This document shows positions 49,229-59,349 of a stretch of DNA of 64,000 nucleotides, one piece after another. The stretch is taken from NCBI GenBank assembly GCA_965242865.1, contig CBDETK010000013.1, positions 576,001 to 640,000 on the forward strand. The letters are read 5' to 3'. Below the pieces are notes generated by a model. The model had not been told where the DNA came from, searched no databases, and worked only from the letters and a program-made list of their open reading frames with translations. The translations under genes were made by a program, and so were the position numbers. The stretch is from Candidatus Latescibacterota bacterium. GTDB lineage: Bacteria; Latescibacterota; UBA2968; UBA8231. Each line of letters opens with the position of its first letter. Positions within the stretch are counted from its first letter, which is position 1.

Positions 49229-50220
49229 GCGACCCGACAAAATGGACGACTGAGCCGCAGAGGTTCGCCGAGGATGGCGATGTTCTCATATCCGTCCGTG
49301 CGCCTGTTGGCCCGGTCAATCTTACTACTCAGCGAGTTTGTATAGGCCGAGGACTCGCTGCAATCAGGCCAAGGGCAACCCGCTTGCTCACACACTACAC
49401 CTTTTACGTTCTGCGTATCTTGGAATCAGAAATAACCGGCAGTGCTGGCGCAGCGTTTGCGTCAATAAACAAGACTGACATCGAGAAGATCGAAATCCCC
49501 CTGCCACCGCTGGAGGTGCAGCAGGAAATCGTCGCGGAGATTGAGAACTATCAGCGGGTGATAGACGGGGCGCGGGCAGTGGTGGAGAACTGGAGGCCGC
49601 AGATTGCGATTGAGTCGGAATGGCCGGTGGTGGCGATTGGGGATGTGTGTGATAGCATTTTAAGCGGGGGCACACCTTCGACAAAAAATGAAGAATACTG
49701 GAAGAGCGATATTCCTTGGATTACAAGCGCGGACATTGTGAACATCAGGGCCGCACAGCCAAGAAAGTACATCACTGATAAAGCCATTAGACAATCAGCG
49801 ACTAATTTGATTCCTAGAGAAAATATCATTGTCGCAACAAGGGTTGGACTAGGAAAACTGTTCAAAAACGAACTTGATGTTTGCATCAGCCAAGATTCTC
49901 AAGGGCTAATCATAAAGAACGAAATCAATGCAGATTATCTGGTGTACATACTCAGAGATCGGGTTGCGAATTTCAAAAACGTAAGTCAAGGATCGACCAT
50001 ACAAGGAGTTACCAAAAAGCAGTTATCAGAACTCCAAATCCCGCTCCCTCCTCTTGAAACTCAGCAAGCCATCGTCGCCGAGATAGAGGCGGAACGGGCT
50101 ATCGTTCCCGCCAACCGGGAATTGGTAGAGCGGATGGAGGAGAAAATTCGGACGGCGATTGGGCGCGTGTGGAATAAGAATAATAACGTGCCAATATCAA
50201 ACGCGAAGGCGATTGCGTAA
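49177..50220 (+). pseudogene. hsdS: HsdS specificity portion, 5'-truncated, probably from a fused M-S gene
   Basis: PFHQGKTEFG in frame upstream of ATG 49219; SVRAPVG; two IPLPPLExQ repeats; GGTPS. Confidence 0.8.
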
Positions 50221-50476
50221 ATGAATTAGCCGATTTGGTGGGAATGGGAACAGGACTTTACTACGAGACCCTTGTCACTGTAACCGCATATCCGAAAGAG
50301 GTGCTCCCATGAAATCCATATCCTTGCAGATCACCTATCGAAAGGGCAAGCCCTTCGCGGCTTATATTTACCTCGCTTCCAAGCATAGACAGAAAAGTGT
50401 ACGCACTAGGCAGGTGACACAAGACCTTTTGCAGGATGCCGAAGTCCGAGAAATCGAACTGGCTGTACTAAAGTGA
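50221..50476 (+). pseudogene. Internally deleted DUF4258/DUF2283-type TA pair
   Basis: MN*PIWWEWE joined to LVTVTAYP; then 50309-50476 MKSISLQITYRKGKPFAAYIYL with the central D..G..IGIE core missing. Confidence 0.5.
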
Positions 50477-50639
50477 CCACCTCACTTAGGATATAAGGAC
50501 GCTTGCGGATGGGTGGGTACGTCAAGCATCGGATTGTCAATGCGGTAGAACAGGGCTATTATAAACTCGGCCGTGGTCATCAGGATGCTCCTTGGCTGGA
50601 AGGGTGGATACTCTCAGCGTAGGAACTACCGTGACCACG

Positions 50640-50880
50640 GTCAACATACTAGCGCCATTAGTTATCTAGTCGGCGATTTACCTAGCAGAGCATCATATAT
50701 GCTAAAGACAGGATATATTGTAACAGCAGTGGCGGGAAACTCTGTTGGGACCTGTAAACACGCCACTACCATGATTGGCGAGGAGTACGAGGAATGCATC
50801 TGTAGCAACGGTTTCCGGGTTTTGCGAAACTTTCGGATTGATCCCTACTTTCTTTTATTTTTTATGCGTACCGATTGGTT
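50640..50880 (+). pseudogene. Fragment of an R-M target-recognition domain
   Basis: LPSRASY..G..TAVAGNSVG..ICSNGFRVL..DPYFLLFFM. Confidence 0.55.
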
Positions 50881-50889
50881 GAGAAACGT

Positions 50890-53250
50890 ATGAAGGCCGG
50901 GGAGTGGCAGCGCGACTTCGGGGCACTAAGCGCACTCGGGGCCGCGGTCGTCGTTTTCTTTTGGCCGGCTGCCGCGCTAGAGGGGGCGTTTTTCGTGCAG
51001 GACGTGATGGTGCAAAACCACCCGTTCCGCGACTTTTTCGCCCGCGCCCTCCGCGAGGGCCAGTTGCCGCTGTGGAATGCGGCCATCAACTGCGGCTTCC
51101 CCCTGTTTGCCGAAGGCCAAGCCGGGCCGCTGTACCCGCCCAATGTGGTTTTGGCGTTGCTTTTGCCCACTTGGGCCGCGCTAAACTGGAACATTGTCTT
51201 GCATTTGTGGCTGGCTGGCGCAGGGATGTACGCGCTGGTGCGCGGTTTTGGCGCGGTGCGGCCGGCCGCGCTGTGCGCCGGGCTGTGCTATGCCCTGAGC
51301 GGGTACATGGTCGTGCGGGCTATGTCGCCCAACTTCATCGACGTGTGCGCTTGGTTGCCGCTGCTGTTTTGGCTCGTCGATCGCATCCTCAACCGAGGCC
51401 CCTTTTTTTACGCACTGCTCTTGGCCTTAGTGCTGGGCTTGCAACTGCTGGCCGGCCATCCCCAAGCCGCCCTGTACGGGGCGGTTGCCGTCGCTGGTTA
51501 CTGGCTTTATCGGAGTTGGGTGCAGGGCGTGGGGTGGATCGCTTGGCCGGCGCTGGCTGGCGTTGTCGCGCTGGGGGCGGCACTCGCCGCGGTCCAACTC
51601 GGACCGACCGCCGAGCTGGTGCAGCTATCCAACCGCGGGTCCGGCCTGTCGTGGGCCAGCTTTGTCGCGATGTCGCTGCCGCCCGAGCGGCTGGCCACGT
51701 TGCTATGGCCCAACCTCTTCGGCAATTCAGCGCACGGCACGTACGGGAGCCGGGAAGTAGGCTTTTTCATCCAGCTCTGCGCTTACGTCGGCGTGGTGCC
51801 CCTGTTCTTGGCGTGGGCGGCCCTGCGCGAGCGGCGGGATGGCCAAGTCGGTTTTTTTGCCGTGCTGGCCCTCGCTGGGTTGGTGCTCGCCTTGGGCCAA
51901 TACACGGCCATTTTCTCGGTTTTTTACCAGATTCCGGGGTTTAGCCTGTTCCGCATCCCAACGCGCTTTTTGTTGTGGTTTGCCGTGGGGGCCGCGGTAC
52001 TGTGCGGTCTCGGCCTCGACCAAGTGTTGCGCCGGCCGCGGCCCCGGGCCGCCAACGGCTGGCTGGTGGCCGCGGTCCTCGGCGTGGCCAGTGCCGGCCT
52101 CCTGTGGGCTGGCGGGGTCGCGCTCTTGGGCGACGGTGCCTACATCCACCACGTGCGCGGCGATGGGCTGCGGCTGGTGGGGGCGTTGGCCGTCGGCGCG
52201 TGGCTGCTGGGCCGACGGGCGCGACGCGCCGCGGCGTGGGCCGCGCCCGTGGTCATTTTTGCCGAGCTGTACAGCTTTGGCGCGCATTTTAACGGCACCA
52301 TCGAGCCAGCCGCGTACACCGACACCCCGGCAACGGCCCGCCAGATTTTGGCCGACCATGAGGCCGTTGCGCCGCCGCGGATCATTAGTTTAGTCTCCGA
52401 GCGAAACTCGCCATTCGACTGGCACGGCGGATGGGCCTACGACTTGGCGTCCTATCGGCGTTATAACGAGACCTTGCGGATGTATTCGGGGGGGCAGTAC
52501 GGAGTGGCGAATGCCCTGCCGGGCTGGAGCCCGCTGCACCTGTATCGCCACGGGGAATTCGCCCGCGGCTATCCGGCCTTTGCCGCCTTGGCCGGCGTGG
52601 AATACGCAGTGCGCTCCGGTCGCGGCGGGGCCATTGACGTGCAGCGCCTGCCCGCGCCTTTGCCCCGCGCTTACGTGGTGGGCCGATTCCACCTCGCCCG
52701 GAGTCCGCAGGCCGGGTTGCGCTACATGGCTCGCGGGTTTCCGCAGCGGCGCGAAGTGGTCTTGGAGGACGCGCCGGCCGCCTCACTGGGGCCGGGCGGC
52801 GCGGCGCGGATCACCCGCTACGAGGACGAAGCCGTGGCCGTGGCGCTGGCCGACTCGGCCCGCGGAATTTTGGTCTTGAGCGATACGTACTACCCGGGCT
52901 GGCGGGCCTTTGTCGATGGGGTGGAGCGCCCGATTCTCCGCGCCAATCACGTGTTCCGCGCCGTAGAGGTCGCAGCCGGAGCACAAGAAGTAGTCTTTTT
53001 GTACGAGCCGAATAGCTTCCGCTATGGCTTGCTGGTCAGCGTGGCCGCGGCTGGGCTGTGGTTGGGGCTGGCTTGGAGCGGTCGGCGGCGGGCCTTTCCG
53101 CCGGTGGCGAATATGCCGGCCGACGCCGGAGCGCCGTGGAAAGTTCGGGCCGGGCTGGGGGCCTTGATCGTCGTGCTCCACGCCATCGCCACGCAGGGGC
53201 CGTTGTGGAGCGGGTGGCTCGAACGCCTGCGGCTCGGGGTGGGGTCGTGA
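50890..53250 (+). CDS. YfhO-family membrane protein (GT-C-like)
   Basis: GQLPLWN..GFPLFA, LLAGHPQ, LVLSDTYYPGWRA.VDG, RANHVFRAV. Confidence 0.85.
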   Translation: MKAGEWQRDFGALSALGAAVVVFFWPAAALEGAFFVQDVMVQNHPFRDFFARALREGQLPLWNAAINCGFPLFAEGQAGPLYPPNVVLALLLPTWAALNWNIVLHLWLAGAGMYALVRGFGAVRPAALCAGLCYALSGYMVVRAMSPNFIDVCAWLPLLFWLVDRILNRGPFFYALLLALVLGLQLLAGHPQAALYGAVAVAGYWLYRSWVQGVGWIAWPALAGVVALGAALAAVQLGPTAELVQLSNRGSGLSWASFVAMSLPPERLATLLWPNLFGNSAHGTYGSREVGFFIQLCAYVGVVPLFLAWAALRERRDGQVGFFAVLALAGLVLALGQYTAIFSVFYQIPGFSLFRIPTRFLLWFAVGAAVLCGLGLDQVLRRPRPRAANGWLVAAVLGVASAGLLWAGGVALLGDGAYIHHVRGDGLRLVGALAVGAWLLGRRARRAAAWAAPVVIFAELYSFGAHFNGTIEPAAYTDTPATARQILADHEAVAPPRIISLVSERNSPFDWHGGWAYDLASYRRYNETLRMYSGGQYGVANALPGWSPLHLYRHGEFARGYPAFAALAGVEYAVRSGRGGAIDVQRLPAPLPRAYVVGRFHLARSPQAGLRYMARGFPQRREVVLEDAPAASLGPGGAARITRYEDEAVAVALADSARGILVLSDTYYPGWRAFVDGVERPILRANHVFRAVEVAAGAQEVVFLYEPNSFRYGLLVSVAAAGLWLGLAWSGRRRAFPPVANMPADAGAPWKVRAGLGALIVVLHAIATQGPLWSGWLERLRLGVGS

Positions 53251-55079
53251 CGGCCGGGATCATCGGGGGGGCGGCCGGGCTGGCCGCGCTCGCGGTCTAT
53301 GGCATGACCCTGTGCCCGACCGTGTACGTCGAGGGGAGCGGCGAGTTGATCGGCGCGGCCTATCGGCTGGGAACGGCGCATCCGACCGGGTATCCCTTGT
53401 TCTGCCTCAGCAGCCGCGTGCTCGCGTCGGCCCTGCCGTGGGTCCGGCCGGCGCTGGCCATCAATGCGGCGTCGGCCCTGTTTGCCGCGGCCTGTTGCGG
53501 GGCCTTGGCGGCCGTGCTCTACGGGCGCGGGGTGCGGCCGGTGGTCGCCGTGGCCGCGGCCTTGGCGCTGGCGTTTTCGCGCACCTTTTGGGCCCAAGCC
53601 GTCATCGCCGAGGTCTATGGCTTGGCCTTGTTGCTGGTGGTCTTGGTGTGGGGCCAGGCCCTTAGAGCGTGCGAGCGCCAAGAGCCGCGCCAAGTGCTCC
53701 TCTTGGGCTGGCTCATGGGCTTGGGACTCACGGCCCACTTGATGCAGGTGCTCGTGTGGCCGGGCGTGGTCGCGGTGTTGGCTTGGCGCTGGCCCGCGCT
53801 TTGGCGGCGGCCTCTGTTGCTGGCGCAGGGGATGCTCGCGGCCTTGGGCGGGTACAGCTTGGTGGCGTACCTGCCGCTGCGCAACGGCCAAGGCACGGGA
53901 TTTCACTGGGGGCCGCTCGGCGACGTTGCGGCCCTGTGGCAGCACTTGAGCGGTGCGCTGTATCGCTCGTCGTTTTTTTCGCTGCCCCTAGAGGGCATGT
54001 TGCTCAACGCCCAGCGTTGGCTGGCGCAGGCCGCGGGCGAGTTCCATCCCGCGTTGCTGCCGTTGATCGCGTGGGGCGGGTGGGCAGCGTGGCGTCGCGA
54101 TCGCAGTACGTTCGCGTTGGCTGGGGGGGCCATCGTCTGCAATTTGGTGGCCGCGCTCAACTACCACCGCGACCCCAATGGCCTGCCGGTGTTTTACCTG
54201 CTCAGCATCGCGGGGTTGACCCTCTGGTTGGGCTTGGGGTTGGACGCGCTGGCTCGGCGGGTGCGGCCGGCGGTCTCGGTGCCGCTGGCCGCGCTCGTCG
54301 TCGCCTTGGTGCTCAGCGCGCACTACGAAGAGTCTGACCGCAGCAAAAATTGGGTTGCCGACCGCTATGGCCGCGACATCCTCGCCGATTTGCCGGTCGG
54401 AGCGATCCTGATTGCCGAGGGAGACGATGCGTCGTTTGTGCTCGACTACCTGTTGCGCATCGAAGGATTGCGCCCGGATGTAACCCTGTACAACCGTCTG
54501 GGACGCGGGACGGATGTACTCGCTTGGAGCGAGCACGCCCTACCGCTAAGGCCGGATCGCCTGCGCTGGCAGCGCGAGGCCGCATTGGCGCGGGGCCAAC
54601 GCCCGCTTTTTTACGTCGTCCCGCGCCGCTCGCCGATTGCGGGATGGGTCTTTGTGCCGACGGGCTTGGTCTATCGCCTGCAAGCCCCCGGCGACCGCTC
54701 TGGGGCCGCCCGGCCGATCGAGATGGGCAATGCGTTGGCCACGGGCTTTTTCCGCGATCCTTGGGTGCGAAAAATTCAGAGCAATTACTATTTTATGGCC
54801 GGCGAGGAGCGTCTGTGGGCCGGAGATCGGGCCGGGGCTACGGTCGCGTTTGAGCAGGCCGCGGCCCTTGCTTTTGACTCGCGCACCACGCGCTTTAACG
54901 CGGCACTCAAGTTGTTTGAAGTCGGCGAATTGGATCGTGCGATGGACCATGCGGCGGCCGCGGCCGCCATTGACCCTTGGCAGCCTACGCCTTATCGCTT
55001 GATGGCGCGCATCGAGCGCGTACAGGGGCGTTATGACGCGGCGCGCCGTTGGAATGAAAAGGCGAGCGAGTTGCAGTGA
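53247..55079 (+). CDS. DUF2723 protein (TMEM260-like putative protein glycosyltransferase) with TPR tail
   Basis: PTVYVEGSGEL, AHPTGYPL, FWAQAVIAEVY, GDD, EGLRPDV. Confidence 0.85.
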   Translation: MTAGIIGGAAGLAALAVYGMTLCPTVYVEGSGELIGAAYRLGTAHPTGYPLFCLSSRVLASALPWVRPALAINAASALFAAACCGALAAVLYGRGVRPVVAVAAALALAFSRTFWAQAVIAEVYGLALLLVVLVWGQALRACERQEPRQVLLLGWLMGLGLTAHLMQVLVWPGVVAVLAWRWPALWRRPLLLAQGMLAALGGYSLVAYLPLRNGQGTGFHWGPLGDVAALWQHLSGALYRSSFFSLPLEGMLLNAQRWLAQAAGEFHPALLPLIAWGGWAAWRRDRSTFALAGGAIVCNLVAALNYHRDPNGLPVFYLLSIAGLTLWLGLGLDALARRVRPAVSVPLAALVVALVLSAHYEESDRSKNWVADRYGRDILADLPVGAILIAEGDDASFVLDYLLRIEGLRPDVTLYNRLGRGTDVLAWSEHALPLRPDRLRWQREAALARGQRPLFYVVPRRSPIAGWVFVPTGLVYRLQAPGDRSGAARPIEMGNALATGFFRDPWVRKIQSNYYFMAGEERLWAGDRAGATVAFEQAAALAFDSRTTRFNAALKLFEVGELDRAMDHAAAAAAIDPWQPTPYRLMARIERVQGRYDAARRWNEKASELQ

Positions 55080-55082
55080 GTG

Positions 55083-55105
55083 CTTGACGAGGTTTTGTGG
55101 GCCGT
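55083..55105 (+). repeat. 23-bp direct repeat, copy 1 (CTTGACGAGGTTTTGTGGGCCGT)
   Basis: 22/23 identical to 56886-56908. Confidence 0.9.
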
Positions 55106-55141
55106 GTTAATTGGATTTTGCTCACCAGAGGAGGCTTTTCA

Positions 55142-56104
55142 GTGAATTCTAGCAAGTGGACGTTTATTGATTTGTTTGCTGGAATCGGCGGAATGCGTAT
55201 CCCGTTTGCAGAATTCGGTGGAGAATGTGTGTTTAGCTCGGAATGGGACGAATTCGCTCAGCAAACCTATTACAGCAACTTTGCTGATATGCCAGCCGGC
55301 GACATTACAAAAATTGACGAAGCGGCCATTCCCGACCACGATGTTTTATTGGCCGGCTTTCCTTGCCAGCCGTTTAGCATTATCGGCAACAAGCAAGGTT
55401 TTGGCGATACCAGAGGGACCTTGTTTTTTGATATAGAACGAATTTTGCAAAAAAAGCAGCCGCCGGCGTTCCTGTTGGAAAACGTGAGGCAATTGGTAAG
55501 CCACGATAAAGGAAGAACCTTTTTGATAATACGCGAACGCCTCAAAGAATTGGGCTATACGATATACTATAAAATTTTGAATGCGCTCGATTTTGGGTTG
55601 CCGCAAAAAAGAGAGCGAATTTTCATCGTTGGGTTCCGCGAACAGATAGCCTTTGATTTTCCCATGGGCACCGGGAAGTACAAGCCTTTGTCAGATATTC
55701 TCGAACCGGATGACGAGATAGACGACAGTTTCTTTGCCTCAGAGAGAATCCGAAAATCCCGTCTTAAAAAATGCAAAATAGAGCCGTTTTATCCTTCTAT
55801 TTGGCACGAAAATAAGGGAGGCAATATATCGGTACTGCCATTCTCATGTGCGTTACGAGCGGGAGCATCCTATAATTATCTCTTAGTAAATGGCATTCGG
55901 CGTCCCTCAAGCCGGGAACTCTTGCGACTCCAAGGTTTTCCAGAGAACTTTAAGATCGTTACAAACATCACGCAGCTTAGGAAGCAGACGGGAAACAGCG
56001 TCGCAGTGCCGGTAATTCGTGCGGTCGCGGAGAAAATGCAAGAAGCCTTACGGGAACGAAAACGGTCTGAACCTCATGCTAAACAACTCAGATTCTTTGA
56101 GTAA
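55142..56104 (+). CDS. C5-cytosine DNA methyltransferase, M.HaeII/M.NgoBI-like
   Basis: DLFAGIGG, GFPCQPFS, ENV, PQKRERIF, IWHENKGGNIS..CALRAGASYNY, GNSV; SD GAGGAGG. Confidence 0.92.
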   Translation: MNSSKWTFIDLFAGIGGMRIPFAEFGGECVFSSEWDEFAQQTYYSNFADMPAGDITKIDEAAIPDHDVLLAGFPCQPFSIIGNKQGFGDTRGTLFFDIERILQKKQPPAFLLENVRQLVSHDKGRTFLIIRERLKELGYTIYYKILNALDFGLPQKRERIFIVGFREQIAFDFPMGTGKYKPLSDILEPDDEIDDSFFASERIRKSRLKKCKIEPFYPSIWHENKGGNISVLPFSCALRAGASYNYLLVNGIRRPSSRELLRLQGFPENFKIVTNITQLRKQTGNSVAVPVIRAVAEKMQEALRERKRSEPHAKQLRFFE

Positions 56105-56117
56105 GGACTTCCGCCCA

Positions 56118-56890
56118 ATGGATAATCGATACGCTAAACAATGCTTGGATAAAGTTATCAAGAAGGCACGTGTCCATTTGTACAAACCCATACAAATCGC
56201 CGAGATACTATACCGAGATAGGGTAAAATGCGATATTGATCTTGGCAATTTAGAAACCTACAGAACAAACTCAAGAAAATGGCGCGACGAAGTTTGTTTG
56301 ATACTTTTAGGAAGAACTTCGACTTCAAGTGCTAGATTTCAAGATAATCTTTTTGAAGAGAACGCGACGCCTCCCTCTGTTTTGGTAAAATTAGGAGAGA
56401 TAAATCGAAGACATAATGGAGCAGTTGAAGCCTATATTTACGATGCCTTTAGGTCTCGACATATCCAGATGTCAACCGGATTAGAGTGACCAATGCTGCC
56501 GATAGAGGACTTGATATGTGGGCAAACTTTGGGGTCGCTATTCAGATAAAACATTTATCGCTCACACTGCCAATGGCGGATGATATTGCCAGCGACATAA
56601 CGGCCGATAGAATTATTATTGTTTGCAAAGAGTGCGAGAAGGAGGTTCTCGTTTCTGTGTTGCAGCAGTTCGGCAATGCTGGCAAAATTCAGAGCGTGAT
56701 AACAGAAGATGAGCTTGATCTATGGTACGAAAAAGCCTTGAGAGGTCGATCCGCGGAATTGATCGGCGACAAAGTGATGAAAAGATTGGAGGATGAGATT
56801 AAAGTTGAATTTCCTTCAACTGCTGAATTTGAAGGGTTTTTTGCGGAGCGAAGATACGGCCATTTGTCGCTTATTGGTATTTGGTCTTGA
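56118..56890 (+). pseudogene. HaeII-family restriction endonuclease split by an internal deletion/frameshift
   Basis: KKARVHLYKPIQIAEIL..STSSARFQD (to 56489) and TNAADRGLDMWANFG..QIKH (56486-56890); combined ~260 aa, shorter than typical family members. Confidence 0.75.
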
Positions 56891-56908
56891 CGGGGTTTTG
56901 TGGGCCGT
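56886..56908 (+). repeat. 23-bp direct repeat, copy 2 (CTTGACGGGGTTTTGTGGGCCGT)
   Basis: Overlaps the endonuclease stop codon. Confidence 0.9.
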
Positions 56909-56948
56909 TTTTTGTAGGGCAGGACGCGAACTGTAAAAGGATGTGGAT

Positions 56949-58394
56949 ATGGAGCACCACAAGACGAAAGTAGCAACCGGCTTGGTCATGCCGCTATTCG
57001 GCGATGTCGCGTCCGCTCCGCGTGCTCCCCACAGCGGTCCGGCCCGGGCGGAGTTGCACCAGCGGTTTGCCGGTCGGCTGCAAGTCAACCCGCAACTGAG
57101 CCGCAAGTTGGTGTCGTACCAAGGGAATAAGGGGGCGGTTGGGTTCCGCTGGCTGAAGTACAAAGAGGGGTTTTCCACCGCGCTCGTCCGTCAGTTCATT
57201 GAACGCGGGCAGGGAACGCAGGTGTTGGACCCGTTTTCAGGGGCCGGGACGACGGTACTGACGGCGATGAGCATGGGGATACCGGCCACGGGCATAGAGA
57301 TTTTGCCGCTCGGCACCTTGGCCGCGCAAGCCGTAGCGGACGCTGCAAACAAGGTGTCCATTGGCGAGTTCCGATCCGCCGCCCACTGCTTGCTGGACGC
57401 CATGGCCGCATGCGACCAAGACGATGAGTACGCGCTCAAACACGCTGCGATTACCAAAGGGGCCTTTCCCGCCAGCACGGGACGCGAGATTGCAAGTGCG
57501 CGAAAGTTCATTGCCCGGATGGCGGAACCAGCCCTTGCGTCGATGTTGAACGTCGCCTGTTTGAGTGTGCTCGAAGAAGTCAGCTACACCCGCAAGGACG
57601 GCCAGTTCTTGCGCTGGGACCCGCGCTCGGGCCGCACCGTTTCCACGAAGCTGAACAAGGGGCCGCTGCCGTCGTTTGCCACGGCCCTTGCCACGCGCCT
57701 CCAGCAGATGATGCAGGATTTCCCGCTGCTGAAAGAACGCTATGCCGGCCCGGTCCCGACGTTCATTACGGGTTCTAGTTTGACCGAGTTGCAAAAATTG
57801 GCTACCGGCCAGTTCGATTGCGTCGTCACCTCGCCCCCCTATGCCAATCGCTACGACTACACGCGGACGTATGCTCTTGAGTTGGTCTATCTAGGCTATG
57901 ACGACGCCCAGATCAAGGCGTTGCGACAGGCCCTGTTATCGGCCACTGTGGAAAATCGCTGTAAGCGCGCCGGGCTGTGCGCCGCTTGGGGGGACGCGCC
58001 CGCTCTCGAGCGGGTCTTTCGCATGGTGGATCAGCAAGCGGCCTTGCAGGAGGTCCTCGCCATCTTGCGCGACTGCGCCGCCGAACTGAGCAATCGCAAT
58101 GTGATTACTCTGCTGGAAAACTACTTTACGGAAATGGCCGTCATCGTGCGCGAGTTGGGCCGCGTCGTGTCTGCCGGAGGCCGCGTATTCATGGTCAACG
58201 ACAATGTGCGCTATCACGGCGAAGAGGTGCCGGTCGATTTGATTTTGTCGGATTTTGCCGAGCAGTGCGGCTTTCGCTGTGCCGCGATATGGATGTTGCA
58301 GCGGGGCAAGGGCAATTCTAGCCAGCAGATGGGCCGCTTCGGCCGGCGCGAGATCAGAAAATGCGTGTACGAATGGATCAAGGTCGATGAATGA
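56949..58394 (+). CDS. Alpha-class N4-cytosine methyltransferase, M.AvaI/M.BsoBI-like
   Basis: LVSYQGNK..RWLKYKEGFS, LDPFSGAGTT, VTSPPYANRYDYTRTYALEL, KGNSSQQMG. Confidence 0.88.
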   Translation: MEHHKTKVATGLVMPLFGDVASAPRAPHSGPARAELHQRFAGRLQVNPQLSRKLVSYQGNKGAVGFRWLKYKEGFSTALVRQFIERGQGTQVLDPFSGAGTTVLTAMSMGIPATGIEILPLGTLAAQAVADAANKVSIGEFRSAAHCLLDAMAACDQDDEYALKHAAITKGAFPASTGREIASARKFIARMAEPALASMLNVACLSVLEEVSYTRKDGQFLRWDPRSGRTVSTKLNKGPLPSFATALATRLQQMMQDFPLLKERYAGPVPTFITGSSLTELQKLATGQFDCVVTSPPYANRYDYTRTYALELVYLGYDDAQIKALRQALLSATVENRCKRAGLCAAWGDAPALERVFRMVDQQAALQEVLAILRDCAAELSNRNVITLLENYFTEMAVIVRELGRVVSAGGRVFMVNDNVRYHGEEVPVDLILSDFAEQCGFRCAAIWMLQRGKGNSSQQMGRFGRREIRKCVYEWIKVDE

Positions 58395-59349
58395 CGCACA
58401 ACTTAGCAGTGCCCAAGCCCGCGCCTTGATCTTGACGAAGGCCATCAAACGCCGCGATGACGTGCGCGTCCGCACGTTGGTTGAGGGTTTTGATGGCGCG
58501 TTGGATTACGAGGGCTATGGACTGGAAAAACTCGCAATCTCGGATAAAGCGTGGTCATGCGTCCAGCGGTTACAGGTTGCTCCGCGCATGGTCTTTGCCC
58601 ATCCAGACGTGCTGCGGCAGCATCCCGAAGCCTCGTTGTATTATCGGGGGATCGCGACCTTGTCCCTAAAGCGGGTGAGTAGTTTGGCGGCCAGTGTAGA
58701 TACGTGGGAAAACCCGACGCAAGGGAAACGCCGCCCCCCGACCATCGAGGTCGTCTGCCGAGTTGTGCGGCTCTACAACGCGGTGATTTCTTCCATTATC
58801 GAAGGAACAGATGCGTGGACGCTGGAAAACGGCTACCGCAACATCTTGGCGACTATCGGCATCAGCCAAGACGGGAAGATGCGCAACATCATCGGGCGAG
58901 AAGCCGAACGCGCAGTCCGAGATAAGTTGCTCCAATGGATTGAAGCGATGGGGATCCCCTGTGAACAAAAGGGGGGATGGTTTGAATTGGGCGCGGCAAA
59001 AACCGTCCGCATGGCCTACGGGTCTGAGCCTGATATTGTATTTGAGAAATACGACGAGCAGAAGCAGGATTGGGCCTTGGAAGTGACGATTGAGATCAAG
59101 GGCGGCATGGACCCGGCCGGTGCCCTAGAGCGGTTAGGAGCCATCAAGAAGAGCTTCGAGCGAACCCCGGCCCGGGTGGAAAATATCGCCATATTGGGCG
59201 TGGTCACGTCTGCGATGCGGACGGAATTAGACCAAATGAAGATAGTGGATTTCGACCTGTATGACGTGGTCCACTCCAAGGAAGGGTGGGACCGATTCGC
59301 GCAAGAGTTGTTTTACCACAAGCTGCGGTTGCTTCCATGGAAAAACTAA
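58387..59349 (+). CDS. Type II restriction endonuclease, XcyI-family-like
   Basis: VFAHPDVL..YYR, RNIIG, SEPDI..IEIKGGMDPAGALERLG; overlaps the MTase stop. Confidence 0.75.
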   Translation: MNDAQLSSAQARALILTKAIKRRDDVRVRTLVEGFDGALDYEGYGLEKLAISDKAWSCVQRLQVAPRMVFAHPDVLRQHPEASLYYRGIATLSLKRVSSLAASVDTWENPTQGKRRPPTIEVVCRVVRLYNAVISSIIEGTDAWTLENGYRNILATIGISQDGKMRNIIGREAERAVRDKLLQWIEAMGIPCEQKGGWFELGAAKTVRMAYGSEPDIVFEKYDEQKQDWALEVTIEIKGGMDPAGALERLGAIKKSFERTPARVENIAILGVVTSAMRTELDQMKIVDFDLYDVVHSKEGWDRFAQELFYHKLRLLPWKN

